Below are positions 37,938 through 51,217 of a DNA stretch of 64,000 nt, piece by piece. The stretch lies in assembly GCF_006345805.1 (NCBI RefSeq), contig NC_042999.1, forward strand, positions 65,720,001 through 65,784,000. Direction: 5' to 3'. A program made the translations under genes and the position numbers. The DNA comes from Octopus sinensis (Eukaryota). The first letter of the stretch is position 1; the number at the start of each line of letters is the position of its first letter. The notes beneath the pieces are model-generated. The model was not told where the DNA came from. It did not search any database and was given only the letters and a program-made list of their open reading frames with translations.

Positions 37938-39374
37938 TAACGTGGAGGCAATATTTTAATAAAGTTTTCCAAGTTACGGCGCAGGAGACCGAACAAAAAG
38001 ATCCTGTAAATGCGACGCGAACACCTCATCCGCTGAGACGTTTTGAACACATACATACACAAACGTATGTGTACACGTATATTTACGTGTATCATTCAGA
38101 GTATACACAAACATGTAGAGAAATAGAGGTATATTGGTGTATATCTGTATAATTGCGCATAATTGTGTGTGTGTGTGTATACATACATACATACATACAT
38201 ACATACACACACACACTCATGTATATATATTGCTTGATTGGTCTATATATGTGCGTATAACCATCACCCTCCCTCCTTCTTGGTCTGTCTATCTTTGTCA
38301 CCGTTCTGTATATCCTTTTCTTCTGTACGTGTATATGAATGGATATATGTATGCATGTGTGTTTTCGTATATGTGTCTAAGCAAATGTGCCCGTGTTTAC
38401 GCGCGCGTTTTTGAGTGTGCGTATGTATGTGTGCGTGTTTCTCTCTGTCTGTCTGGCCGGCTGTGTTTGTGTGTTTAGCTAATATATATAAATGAATACC
38501 TTTTATGATATATCCGCTTCAGCGTTTTAGTTTATTCGTTTCCTCTAGGTAATTTGTTTTATAAGTAATATTAAATGTATACAATTATGCTTTATTTGAT
38601 GTCTTATTCAATAAAATTGGAATTGGTAATAATGGAACATTTGTTACAATTAAATTATGTCTGATATCTCATCATAATTTATCAAATAAAAAAAAAAAAA
38701 CATGAAATATAATATTTGAAATAACCAAAATAATTGAATATGTATTTTGGCGCATAGTTATTTCGTATATTACAATAATGTTTTTATTGTAAATATTATG
38801 AACGGATACACGTCTTAAAGTCTTTATGTCCATGATATAAGTATCAAGTTAATATATATTAAACTTATTTATATCCAGTATATTGTCCGAAGAAAGTGAA
38901 AACCAAATAACACACACAGTCATACGTGTATACAAATACACAGTCAAGCATAAACACACACACACACACACACACTGAATGCTAGAAGTGCTAACAAATT
39001 GTTCTTGTACGTTCATATATCTGGATCACGTTCGCGTATGAGAAAAAATTGTATCGTATAACTTCAAGACTTACATATAATGAATAATTTTGTCATGATG
39101 TATTTATCGATTTGCTGTCTGCTGTTGAATATTTCCAAAGATAAAACCACGTGGCCCAGGATTTTTTTTTATTTTATAGAATATCTTTTAGATCTTCATG
39201 TACAAACTACATAGACATACACAGACAAACGCATACAAACAATATTTATTACATTATGCATATACTGTATATTACAAAACTCTGTATATATGTATATATA
39301 CGCACACACACACAATACACACGGAAACACGTACACATATACAGATGCATATACACATGCATATACACATATAG

Positions 39375-39910
39375 TTCAAATTTACAGGAAAAAAAAGATA
39401 GGTATAGGAACAACAAACAGGTGTATTAGTTTAACGTTCACGAAAAATGGAAAAGTCTTTTGTGTTTCGAGCCTACGCTATTCAAGAGAAAGGAATACGA
39501 TAGTTCAACACTCCAGCATGGTACAATTAGGGTGGGGGTGAGGACACGTTGGAGGTATTTGGAGGTAATTTCTGTGGGGCAGTAATAGAAGTTTGAAAGC
39601 AGCGGAAATGAAGCTGAAGCCTGGCAAGGGATTTTTAGGTGGTGGTGAAGGAGGAAGGATTTATAATTAGGGCATGCTGGAAAAAGGAGAAAGAGAGAGT
39701 GAAAGAGCAAAATAGATTTAAGGGAGAGTGAATAGAAAAGTTATTAACGTACGGAGTTTAGATCTGAGAAAGTTCAAAGTTGTGGTAAATCAGAGCGAAT
39801 TACATCATCGAAAATAGCTAGTGAGATACATAAAGGTAAGTTCAGAAAGAGTATGAAGATCCAATGGTAATCTGGGTGGAGTGTTGGGATGTGGAGGAAG
39901 AGAAGTACTG
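39375..39910 (-). mobile_element. Degenerate PLE 3' fragment with hammerhead-like motif (~39457-39491)
   Basis: Minus strand CTTT-CTCTTGA-A-TAGC-GTAG-GCTC-GAAACACA-AAAG, preceded by pyrimidine-rich sequence. Confidence 0.5.
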
Positions 39911-39911
39911 A

Positions 39912-39981
<70 letters not shown>

Positions 39982-40134
39982 ATCCAAACACAACAACGCG
40001 AGGACGTTGAGTCGAGCAAATCGACTCCAGAATTTATTCTTTGTAAGCCTAGTACTTATTCTATCGCACTCTCTTTTCAAGTGATGTTAGAGGAGGAGGG
40101 GGACAAACACAGACACACAAACATATACACACAC

Positions 40135-40188
<54 letters not shown>

Positions 40189-41334
40189 ATCAGTATGTGT
40201 GCATTTATCTGTGTTTATTCTTTACAAAATATATCACATACATACGGACGCACACCTACACGTAGTCACATGCACAAACCAACACAAATAAAATAAAAAT
40301 ACACCAATTATTCAGATTTTAAAATTTGTAATTGGTGAAATGTAATTAAGGTATTACAAATATTTTGATTGCTCAAATTGAACGTCGTCAAAGCAAATTC
40401 AATCTTTTACATACACAACTGACAACTGATTAATATCCAACAAATTGTTGTTTTTCAATATATTTCTTTCTTTAATTTCATTTAGATGACAATTCCCATT
40501 ATAATCATATTCAGAAATCATTGCATAAAAAACGTTGAAGATATATATGTTATACGCCAGATTCTTCATCTTTCATATGTTTCAACAATTAAAAGAATAT
40601 TTTTTGTATATCTTCTGTGATTTTCCTGTGATTGCGTTTGTAATTTTAAAAGCTTTCAAACTGTAGAATGATGAAGTGAATGTACTTGCTGTATTTTTTT
40701 TTATCTTATTTCGAATCTTGTGATATGATGGAATTGATTAACTGATGGTACATCGACCGATAAAATTCTCTTGTGCTGACAAGGGAAATCAATGCGTTTT
40801 GAGATAGAGAGACATAGGTATAGCTGTGAATATAAAATTTTGTATCCATGACAACAGATTACACACAATTGATCGTATTTACTTTGACTTATTCTGTTTA
40901 TTGTGACATTTGCAGAGTTGTGGAAATATCGTGCAGCCGCCTTTAGTTTTAATGAAGTACCTTCCCAAGAATTGTATTTGGTTAACATGGCAAATTACAT
41001 CTGTTGTTAACCAATTGATTTTCCCTAAGCCGCAGCAGTAGATGGGTAGAATGGAAATATTGACATCCTCCAGGCAGATCGGTTGCCTTCAATATTTTGG
41101 TCTGACAAAATATCTTGCAGGTGTGGGCTATTCTACAGAATGTGATAGATTTTTACATAACTACTTCACCCGAGACTCTTCTAACATACCTGTTTAAATT
41201 GTTAATTACTATGAGAAAGCATGGTTGGTAATAACTTGATTGAAAAGCTCAAAGCACGAACCCTAATTTTTCCAACTGAAATCCCAAATTATTGGCATTA
41301 CGATATATCAGATATTGATCAGTTTACAAAAGTT

Positions 41335-41928
41335 GATTATTCTTTTCTACTCTAGGCACAGACACGAAATTTTGCGTGAGGTCCAGTCGATTAGATCGAC
41401 CCCAGTACGCAACTGGGATGAAAGGCAAAGTCGACCTCGACGGAATTTGAACTCAGAACGTAAAGACAGACGAAACACCGCTAAGCATTTCGCCCGGCAC
41501 GCTAACATTTCTTATTTCTTTATTACCCACAAGGGGCTAAACATAGTGGGGACAAACAAGGACAGACAAAGGGGTTCAGTTGATTACATCGACCCCAGTG
41601 CGTAACTGGTACTTAATTTATCGACCCCGAAAGAATGAAAGGCAAAGTCGACCTCGGTTGAGTTTGAACTCAGAACGTAAAGACAGGCGAAATACGTATT
41701 TCTTTACTACCACAAGGGGCTAAACCCAGAGAGGACAAACAAGGAGAGACAAACGGATTAAGTCGATTATATCGACCCCAGTGCGTAACTGGCACTTATT
41801 TAATCGACCCTAAAAGGATGAAAGGCAAAGTCGACCTCGGTGGAATTTGAACCCAAAACGTAGCGGCAGATGAAATACCGCTAGGCATTTCGTCCGGCGT
41901 GCTAACGTTTCTGCCAGCTCGCCGCCTT
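41335..41928 (-). mobile_element. Three tandem SINE A copies
   Basis: GAAAGGCAAAGTCGACCTC at ~41420, ~41638 and ~41820. Confidence 0.85.
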
Positions 41929-42035
41929 ACAAAAGTTGATTATTAAGACATTGTAGTTTGACGATTTGTTAAAGCAACCTGTTGTAATACAGAAACAATT
42001 CTCTATGTATGTGTATGAATGTGTGTGTATAGGGG

Positions 42036-42075
<40 letters not shown>

Positions 42076-42759
42076 ATGTAAAATAGCTTTTATCATGGCT
42101 GAAATTATGACAAAGTCACTTGGCAAGTTACACCAAGAGTATATCGGTTTCTTCTCTATAATTTCTCGTTATTTTCTTGCACGCACTTGTTCAGGTATAA
42201 GGCACATAATAGTCAAAATACCTTTTCCTTCGGATCTTCCCTCTTATGACTGTATATAATGCTATCTACAATGTCACACGTAAACAAACTTCCATAATGT
42301 ATGCGAAAGTGTTTTGTTAAAATATTTCGTAATACCTTTAGGAAAACTATCAACAAGCTAAGAGAAACAATTCCAATTACGGAAGTTATATTACATCTCC
42401 CTCTTTAAGGTCGGCATAAAGAATGCTAACCACTTGACGATGCAGCTATGATTCTTTACAGTGGCAAAGAATCGTACCTCCTCAGTTATTTGAATGGCGT
42501 TTAAGCAAAGCAGGAAAATACAGTTAAATTATTTGCTGTATATTCTCATTGTCAGCATCATTGATAACTAAATATATAAACTGAAGGCGCTGCAAACGGA
42601 ATCTCTTTCATTTCAATATCCGTAAAATCCTCTTAGATGTATTTTTCGGTTTTTTGCAACCAAATATTTCTGTACAATTCTCTCAATTTTTTGAGTAGTA
42701 TTTTATACTATTTTCTGTGATGTGAATTCCTCAATTTCATAAGATGAATTCGCAGATCA

Positions 42760-43480
42760 GCAACTGGAAACAGGTTTTTTTTTTCCCGTGAGGTAGATAA
42801 GTGGTTGGTCTATAATTGCTAGCTGTATTACTCTTGCTTTTATCTTTTATAAAGCGTATTGTTCTCCCTCTAGTCCTCAAATATTGTATTATTTCTCCAT
42901 TTAGGCAATCTTGAAGTTGATCCATCAGCCTTCCATATAAACTACTGAATTTCTTTAGCCAGTACCCTTGAACGAAATCTGGTCCTGGGCCCTTCCAATT
43001 CGGCATTTTTCTAGCACTTTGCTCATTACCTTACTAGTTAATTTTAGATCTGGCTGCTTTTCACTCATTACTTCTTTACTCATTTTCATTAACCATAGTA
43101 CTTCTCCTTTATGATTGAGTGACTTATCCCAGATATTACTCCAGAACTAGAACTTTGTAGCTGCCTCTGCACTAGGTTTCTCATCTTCAGTACTTCGTTC
43201 TCCGCTATCTATTTAGTTATAAAATCTCCTCTGGCCTATCTCAAATAATCTATTCTGTTGAAACTGATCTATTCTTTTCTGATATCTGGAGAGCTTACGT
43301 ACTACTGCTATGATACGCTGTTACAACTCTTCTGTGACTGCGCCAAATCGTTTCTCCTTGACTAAGTATATTTTCTCAAGAGAAGATTTGCATCTTGTGT
43401 TTCCCAACGTTTTCAGTTTACATTCTTTCGACTTCCCGATCGAAAAATAACTAACAATCAAATATTGGGAGCAATGATAA
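42760..43480 (-). mobile_element. R4/Dong-like RT N-terminal fragment
   Basis: FWSNIW…MPNWKGPGPDFVQGYWLKKF…ASNYRPTTYLP. Confidence 0.75.
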
Positions 43481-45314
43481 CAACTAAAATCCTTCTGTGA
43501 AGACTGCTGGCCTCTTGCCTATACTAAAAGCCTTTATAGGTTTTTGCAGTACTTGGAGCGTTCTAAACAAAATTTATAGCATTTGTTCCTGTTTTAAAAA
43601 AAAACTTTAAAATTCAAATCGATCAAATTTCCAATCAATTACTGAATCTATATAATCGGCTTACCCTCCACAAAAGTGGTGCGCTTATACTAAAATTAGA
43701 AATAATAGTAAATATCATAACATTTCTTTCTTTAGGGGCCACAAAATTATCAGAATTTATTTCACCTTCATAGTCTTCTGTGTTACCGTCAGTAATTTTG
43801 CGTATGGGTTGTAAGTTGCGCCCGATTAACTAATAGAATCTATTCCATATTAAATATCAAATTCCCATCGGAACACTTGGACAATGAGCGGTTCTCTGCT
43901 GGAGTACATTTGCCACAACGCAATTCTCTCTATATTAAATCTATTTACACATGTCGTACAAAACACTGCTTAGTGTTTTTAATCTTTTCGTACCAGAGAT
44001 TTTGTAGAGCAGTAAGTTTCCTAACATACGTATATTTGCTTGTCAGCACATGAATGTGTACTATAAACACACTGAGAGACAAACAGACAGACAAACCGAC
44101 ACACATGCACAAAATTGTGTCCGTTGCGTCTATTTAACTACGTACACATATGTTTGTGCAAGCTTGTATAAGTTAAATGTTTGTATATGTGATTGTGCAT
44201 GTGAACGTGCGTGTGTTTTCAAATGCCTTTGGTAATTTTTATTATTCTGAATTTGTTACAGTTGCGGAATAGATCACTAAAGTACAATTCCTTTAGGCAG
44301 CACTTTTTGTGCAAATTGACAGTGTTGCAATGCCAGAGCCAATTTTAGAGAACAATGTAAAAACACGATTAGATTGCACGGTCGCTCCAGATCATCAAGA
44401 ATGCTAAATACTTCCAATTTACATACAGTTTGTGAACAGTATGATAAATATAAGCATAACTTTTGCTTATTAACATATTAGTAATCTAGTTTCCGATACG
44501 TATTGTTTCCTTTGCGAATATATCTGGAAATTTATTTATATAAATACAGATTATGTGCATACATATCTACACACACACACAAAAAAAAACATAAACAGAT
44601 AGATTTATAAATCAACACAGAGACATGCATAAACGTGCGTAGCGATGTGTTAGTTATTCATAAATACCATGCTAGAATTATTTTCTCTCTCTCTCTCACA
44701 CACACACACATCTAAGAATGCTGCCAACATGGCAACATTCGGTAATTTCTTGAAAACGGGGTCATAACACCGAAATATTGAAAATAAGGTGAGTCTACAT
44801 TGATTCATATAGTTTTTCTTGTAATTTACTTTGTATTTACTTCGCATTATCCTGGCCTTACTTCGATCATTTATACAATATATTTTACACAATGCTTCAT
44901 AGTAATTATCTATATATAACTCTTAATTTTAGCAAAACGATGTGGCAGTCGGTATCATCTGTCGCTTTTGTGACCTCTATTAATCTTGTCTCTAGCTTCG
45001 AATTACTAATAAGGCGCCTTCTTAAATTTGTTGTTTAAGCTTTTACCTTTTTGAAAATCAGTACATATGTTCAGCGCTTTTTCTTATAAGGCTGATTGAA
45101 GAAGTTGAGTTTAAACCTAGGCCTTAAGAGTCGCCGATGAGGATTAAGATGGTCTAAACCAGAATCCGAAATCACAATCTGATTATGTACGCTGGGGTCT
45201 CCCTTTCTCAGTATTAAGTTGATTGCATTTGTGGCTTTTCAGTTATTTTTACTCTTATTTTTAGCTAAAAAGGTCCTAATGAGTAACATCTGTTACTCCT
45301 TTGACCTCTATTAA

Positions 45315-45352
<38 letters not shown>

Positions 45353-45775
45353 CACACCTATGTTAGGGATAATGTCTAGTCACGACACGGTCAAATATTT
45401 CAAATCTCCTTGTGTCTACTGTTGAAATGCTGAAGTAACTCGCCATCTTCTTATCTTCTAAGTAAACAATGAAAATAAAGCGCATTTGATTTCTATTTAT
45501 GAAGGATTATTTCGATGACACCACCGCAAATTTTTTTTCACTCTCTTAACACACTCACACACATTTATATGCACATACACTCATCTACGTATACACACAT
45601 ACGACACACAAACATAACAATTTTGAGCATACACAGTACTACCACCTTTATGAATTAGTAGAATCTTTAAGACACATAAGATACACATATTCTGTTTTCG
45701 CATACATTAAATCATTTCTGCAAATTCAGCCTGATGAGATAATTAGTAACATTCCACTTTTGTAATTCTTAATTC

Positions 45776-46163
45776 GGATCTTTTCGGTTTGAACAGCAGT
45801 TTCTTCTAGCGGGTACATATGAAATTGTCACCCATAATTATGACCCAAGTATCGATCTATTGCATTTCAATCTGTTTTAGGGTTGGTTAGGGTTAGGGGT
45901 GGGGGGATGGGTATCTTTTTGTGTTTCACAAACGTAAATAAGCCCAAGCTGTTTCTTAAACGAGGGACATATTCATACGGCACAGAATGTTTTTTAACAC
46001 AATGTTCGTAATCGATTCGTTGAAATTGAAGAAAAAAAACTGCAAACATCTTACAAACTATAGACTTTTCTCAATAAAGTCAAGTATACCAGTATACGAA
46101 GTTTAAATTTTTTTAGTTATCTACAAATTATGTTAAAAACTGCCGTTCAAACCGATAAGATCC
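45776..46163. mobile_element. MITE with GG-starting TIRs and 8-bp TSD (Merlin-like), copy 1
   Basis: TIR GGATCTTTTTCGGTTTGAAC…/…GTTCAAACCGATAAGATCC; perfect TSD CTTAATTC (45768-45775, 46164-46171); internal TTAGGG-like tract. Confidence 0.8.
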
Positions 46164-46388
46164 CTTAATTCATTTACAAAATCTTCGTATAGATGCAATA
46201 TTAATAATATAATTTTTATCTGATCTGATTAAGCTTTGTTGTTTTCCCTTCTGTTATATGGAAGTGTGCGCAGTTAGAGAGAAGCAATATGACATAACAT
46301 AATTTCAACAGACGCAGGGGAAACTTAAGAGGTTGTGAGCACCACTTTAGTAAACACTAATATCATTTTCCGTAATATGTAAACAATA

Positions 46389-46564
46389 GGCGTAGGAGTG
46401 GTTGTGTGGTAAGTAGCTTGCTTACGAACCACGTTGTTCCGTGTTCAGTCCCACTGGGTGGCATCTTGGGCAAGTGTCTTCTACAGTGGTGCTCAATAGC
46501 CTCGGGCCGACCAAATACTTGTAAGTGGATTTGGTAGACGGAAAGCCCGTCGTATATATGCACA

Positions 46565-46645
<81 letters not shown>

Positions 46646-46870
46646 ATATGTTTGTGTGTCTGTGTTTGTCCCCCCCCCCAACATCGCTTGACAACCGATG
46701 CTGGTGTGTTTACGTCCCCGTTACCTAGCGGTTCGGCAAAAGAGACCGATAGAATAAGTACTATGCTTACAAAGAATAAGCCTTGGAGTCGATTTGCTTG
46801 ACTAAAGGCGGTGTACCAGCATAGCCACAGTCAAATGACTGAAACAAGTACAAGTGTAAAAGAGAAAAGA
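46389..46870 (+). mobile_element. tRNA-derived SINE family B with internal (TA/TG)n
   Basis: GGCGTAGGAGTGGTTGTGTGGTAAG…GTTCAGTCCC…CTTGGGCAAGTGTCTT (CORE-like), microsatellite, then conserved 3' tail. Confidence 0.85.
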
Positions 46871-47129
46871 GAGTAATTCGATTAGCCGACAAAATAATAA
46901 AATATCGTTATTGGAAAAAAAGAAAAATTATGATATATTAATGTTCAATATTGCCTAATGTGTTGTTCTCCCAATATCAAAGCACCATTTCCTCGAAGAT
47001 GTTGGCCTTGTGCTAAAGTTGAAATTATTATTATTATCATAATCATCAAGTCAACCAACAGGCAGATTCTTTAGTACACCAATCAAAATGCTTAGCGCCA
47101 TTTGACCCATTTTGACGGTTTGAAGACGG

Positions 47130-47522
47130 TCATTGAGGGTCTAGGGAATTACATCGAACCCAGGGCTGAAGTGATATTTATTTTATCGATCCCGAAAGAA
47201 TGGGAGACAAAATCGAGCTCGCCGGGATTTGAAATTAGCACGTAAAGAAGGACGAAATGGTACTAAGAATTTTGTCCAGCGTGCTAACGATTCTGCCGAC
47301 TCGCAGACTTACCAATAATAATAATAATAATTTAGGCAGAAGACCAGTAATTTGGGGAAAGGTGGCTAGTTGATTATATGAACATCAGTGATCAAATGGT
47401 ACTTAGTTTATTGACCCCGAAATGAGGAAAGGCAAAGTCGACCTCGGCGGAATTTGAACGCAGAACGTAAGACGAATGGAATACCGCTAAGAATTTTGCC
47501 CGGCGTGCTACTGATTCTACCT
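47130..47522 (-). mobile_element. Two degenerate SINE A copies
   Basis: Core motif at ~47200 and ~47430. Confidence 0.7.
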
Positions 47523-47809
47523 TATAAATATCGTTCACTGCATAAAATCTCTGACCTTGGTACTTAGGAAAATGAACCTGGGCACCAACTAAAGGAAAAA
47601 TCCAAAGCAATTAACCACCTCTCTTCATGAATGATTTGTAACTGTATGGCAAATTTGAGACACACGGTCACTGTTTTAGCACTGATATTAGAAAGACATC
47701 TGATTAAGGCTGGAGGGTATAGCAGCCGAATGGTTGTGTTAATAACAAACAAGAGGAGGACAAATATGAGTCAAATGTAAATAATGTAGAACAATAACAA
47801 CAACAATAA

Positions 47810-48420
47810 TAATAGAGTTAATGCTAAGACGAAATAAGCCAGAAAAATGAAGCAAAACTACAAAATCAAAGATTTTATAAACCTCCCCGAAACCAAGGAA
47901 TTATTGAAACAACGAATACAACTGAAAGCCCAAGGTATGACAAAAATGTATGGCAAAAAGATCAAATTTTAACGACAAAAAAGGTAGTCAAGACGGATGC
48001 AAAGAATCTGGTACCATTTAAGAAGAGTGGTCCCGGTACGCGCACTCGCGTACCCGCGCATCCGGGTTAGCTAGTCGTAACTATGCGATCCAACAACGAC
48101 TACCTAACAAAGTAAATAAAACAAAACCACAAAGTAAGGATCGACTAGTCACGACTAGCTAGCGCGGATGCGCGAGTACGCGAGTGCGCACACCGGGACC
48201 ACTTTTCTTAAGTAGCACCAAGAAACAGACTGGGAAATTGGCAAAAGCAAGATAGAAGTAAAGGAGCCACCTAAGACAGAGGAAATGCCAGAGTTCTGGA
48301 ATAAGATATGGAGCGACAAAAAGAATATAATGCTGATGCTTCCTAGATAGACCGTGAGAAAGTGAGACTGAAGTTGAAGAAAATAAATAGAAGAGCTAAG
48401 ATATGTTCTTAGAAAGTCTC
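47810..48420 (+). mobile_element. R4/Dong-like ORF fragment interrupted by a MITE
   Basis: LLKQRIQLKAQ…EIGKSKIEVKEPPKTEEMPEFWNKIWSDKK; preceded by an AAT/AAC tract. Confidence 0.55.
48022..48207. mobile_element. GC-rich fold-back MITE flanked by TTAA (Kolobok-like termini)
   Basis: ~62-bp TIRs GAAGAGTGGTCCCGGT…; TTAA at 48018-48021 and 48208-48211; interrupts an R4-like fragment. Confidence 0.6.
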
Positions 48421-48659
48421 ACAAATAGGCTGTCTCCCGAAACCACCAATAACACAACAGTCTGTGTCCGATAGCTGAAAGGAACGCGTAGGCGTTACAA
48501 CTTGTTTATAGAAAAATCAGTAGTTAGTGAAGTCAGGAAAGGTGAAAATAAACAATTTCCGTTGAGCATAACCAAAATACAAGAACTTTAATTAAGAGGT
48601 CAATAACATTTATGGAATAAATAAACAGTTCTTTAGAGAATATTTAGAGAGTTCTTTCA

Positions 48660-49055
48660 CTTACCTGAAATGTGAAGACTTGTTTTGACGAACTGTTCTT
48701 CACCTGTCTAATGATGTATTTTCTATCTTTTTGATCTCTTTTCTTTTCAGAATTTACACTTACATCCGAATTCACGGTACCATTCCGTCCTCTTTACGTT
48801 GCCAATTTCACTATTTTCGCGGCCAGTTCAAAACCTTCTACCGTTCACATTAACCGCCGTAATCATCTCACACATCAACCACTTGGCACCGGATACTACA
48901 TGAAACCCCCCCCCCCCCGCTCAACTCGACTTTCATTACGTCCCACATCATCTTCCAGCACCAACTACCTCGCAATAGCAGTCTTTGTTTTTCACCCGCA
49001 TGGTAAAAGCGCGCCAAAATCAGACTGCCTACGCTTTAAACAAACACGTGACTAC
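48660..49055 (-). promoter_or_regulatory. Possible promoter and first non-coding exon of a minus-strand host gene
   Basis: Non-repetitive CpG-containing island; E2F-like TTTTGGCGCGC (49019-49009); CACGTG (49045-49050); GTAAGT donors at 48763 and 48664. Confidence 0.3.
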
Positions 49056-49267
49056 AAAGAATTATTCTTTTCGTCTTCGTTTGCAAAACCAGAGAGCGGT
49101 GTTCTAATTCCCTTCATACAAATGAGAAATTATCTGAATACAATATTTTTTTCGTTAAGGCGGCGAGCTGGCAGAAACGTTAGTTTAGCCACTAAAAACA
49201 CACGAACTATATATTTGGTGTTACTTTGCTTCAGCGTTATTTATTTTTTATATTAATCTTAATCTTA

Positions 49268-49310
49268 TTTCGGCCAGAGTTCTTTCGTCACACTCCTGTG
49301 GCCTCATCAG
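49268..49310 (-). ncRNA. Canonical hammerhead catalytic core (helix I/cleavage strand not identified)
   Basis: CTGATGA-GGCCA[CAG]GAGT…ACTC-TGGCC-GAAA on the minus strand. Confidence 0.45.
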
Positions 49311-50025
49311 TGGTCCTTTGCTTTCTTCTTTCTTATTTGTGTGTCTCATCTTACTAACGGTCAGCCGTTTTGCATTTTGTATTCCTATTGTATGTGTCTT
49401 CATTTGCGCATGCGTATACCTCTATGTGTGTCTATGTTTAGTTAGTGTGTGTGTATCACGTTCTTTTATATATATTTTGTTTGTATATATTATTTGAGAC
49501 GGTAGGACATGATTTCACGGGAAATTTATGTATATTTCTATCAAGTCTCGTAACCATGTACAAACAATACTTTTCTCTTTCACTAGAAAGATACTTGCAT
49601 AAAAACGTTTATAAACTAAAGGTCATCCATATAACTTAACAGTTACGCAATTGGTAATTATAAATATTTGGTTTAAATGTTTCTTTCTACTTATTTTAAA
49701 CTTTGTATAGCAGTATTTCACATAATTATAATTTTACATAACTTTTTTAGTACTCAACTTCTACTTAACATACATTTAATTGGTTTGTAATTTAAGTACC
49801 TACTATACTTCAATAAGGTGGTGAGATCTTGCATAACACAATAAATGTTCGTTTGAATGAGTGTAATTGTATTTTAAATTGTATATATAATAAGGCTGGC
49901 ATGCATTGGCGTATGCATGAATATATATATATATATATTTGAATATATGCATGTATGTATGTATGTATGTATATATCTATATATCTATATATATATCTAT
50001 ATATCTATATATCTATATATATATC

Positions 50026-50083
<58 letters not shown>

Positions 50084-51217
50084 TATATATATATTATATA
50101 TATATATACACACATACTCTTTTACTCTATTACTCGTATCATTCAGTTTTATTTCAAGATTTTTGCCAATACAAGAAGAGCGGGTTTCCAACTTAGATCA
50201 AAGGCTCCATCATTCGGATTTCAACAGCATCAACAGGGTATTTTATATGTATGTATGCATGCATGCATTTATACGTGCAGATTTGTATATTTCTTTTTTA
50301 TTATGTGCTCTTATTCATAAAGGTGCATGTCTAATGTATGTTTGTGTGTATATATGACGGCAAGTCAAATATTATACGCAATATAGTTTTTCTAACTTAT
50401 TAAAACAACAGCATGGGTCGAATATTTACATCATTTTTAAAATACACTCTACTTACTATTTGTAGCTCACTCTTGTCTGGCCCACAATCCACTCGCACAT
50501 ATTTCTACTCGGTAGAGCTCTCTCCACGCATTGTATTAAAAGTCTATGTCTTGCTGAAATATTATTTTGAAATTCAAATTTCATCTTATTTGGAAGGTGA
50601 AATTTTTTCTCTCAAATTCTAATGCACTCGATATTCGAGATGAGTAGCAAAGTATACCTATAGTGACAAAGAAAAAAATTGTGATTTCACCCATGATGAT
50701 AGGACTAGAACTATAACTAAGATCTTCTATTGTTCGCCGATAGAAATAAACAAAAATCCGTGAGGGAATATGCATTCATTGTATACTTCCAACTTAACCT
50801 ACTTCTGGATCTCTAACAATCTACACCGGTATTATGCGCATCAACTATCATTGTATGTAAGATTGAGGGATGTGAGTAGCGTCCTCACTGATGAACAAAG
50901 ATGCAGCAGTTCTAGATGAGGCTACTACAGTAGCAATCTGCTCCAATGAAACGAATTTACCTCTTCCACAAAAACTATCAAGGATAAGTTTCCGCGCGAT
51001 TCACATCATCGGTTTTTTTAATCCTTGGATTTTCCTTTATGTCGGCAACGAAGAGTAATACATCTCGTTTCAGTTATTGAGTGTCATATCTGATTTCTCA
51101 AAGGGTCCTAAGACTCAGATTTGCAGCCTCAGATTTATGTTGGAGATGACAGTCCACTCTATGCAACAACTTTACCAACAATGTATGTTCAATAATGTCA
51201 GTGACAAAGAGTGTTGG

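Noticed and set aside
40701-40988. 95-aa minus-strand ORF as a host exon
   Set aside because: No recognisable domain or convincing splice sites.
44728-44795. Kozak ATG and AG|GTGAGT donor as a plus-strand exon
   Set aside because: In-frame stop after 12 codons; no partner exon; such motifs arise by chance in 64 kb.
45731-45760. CTGATGAG core-like string
   Set aside because: No downstream stem-GAAA.
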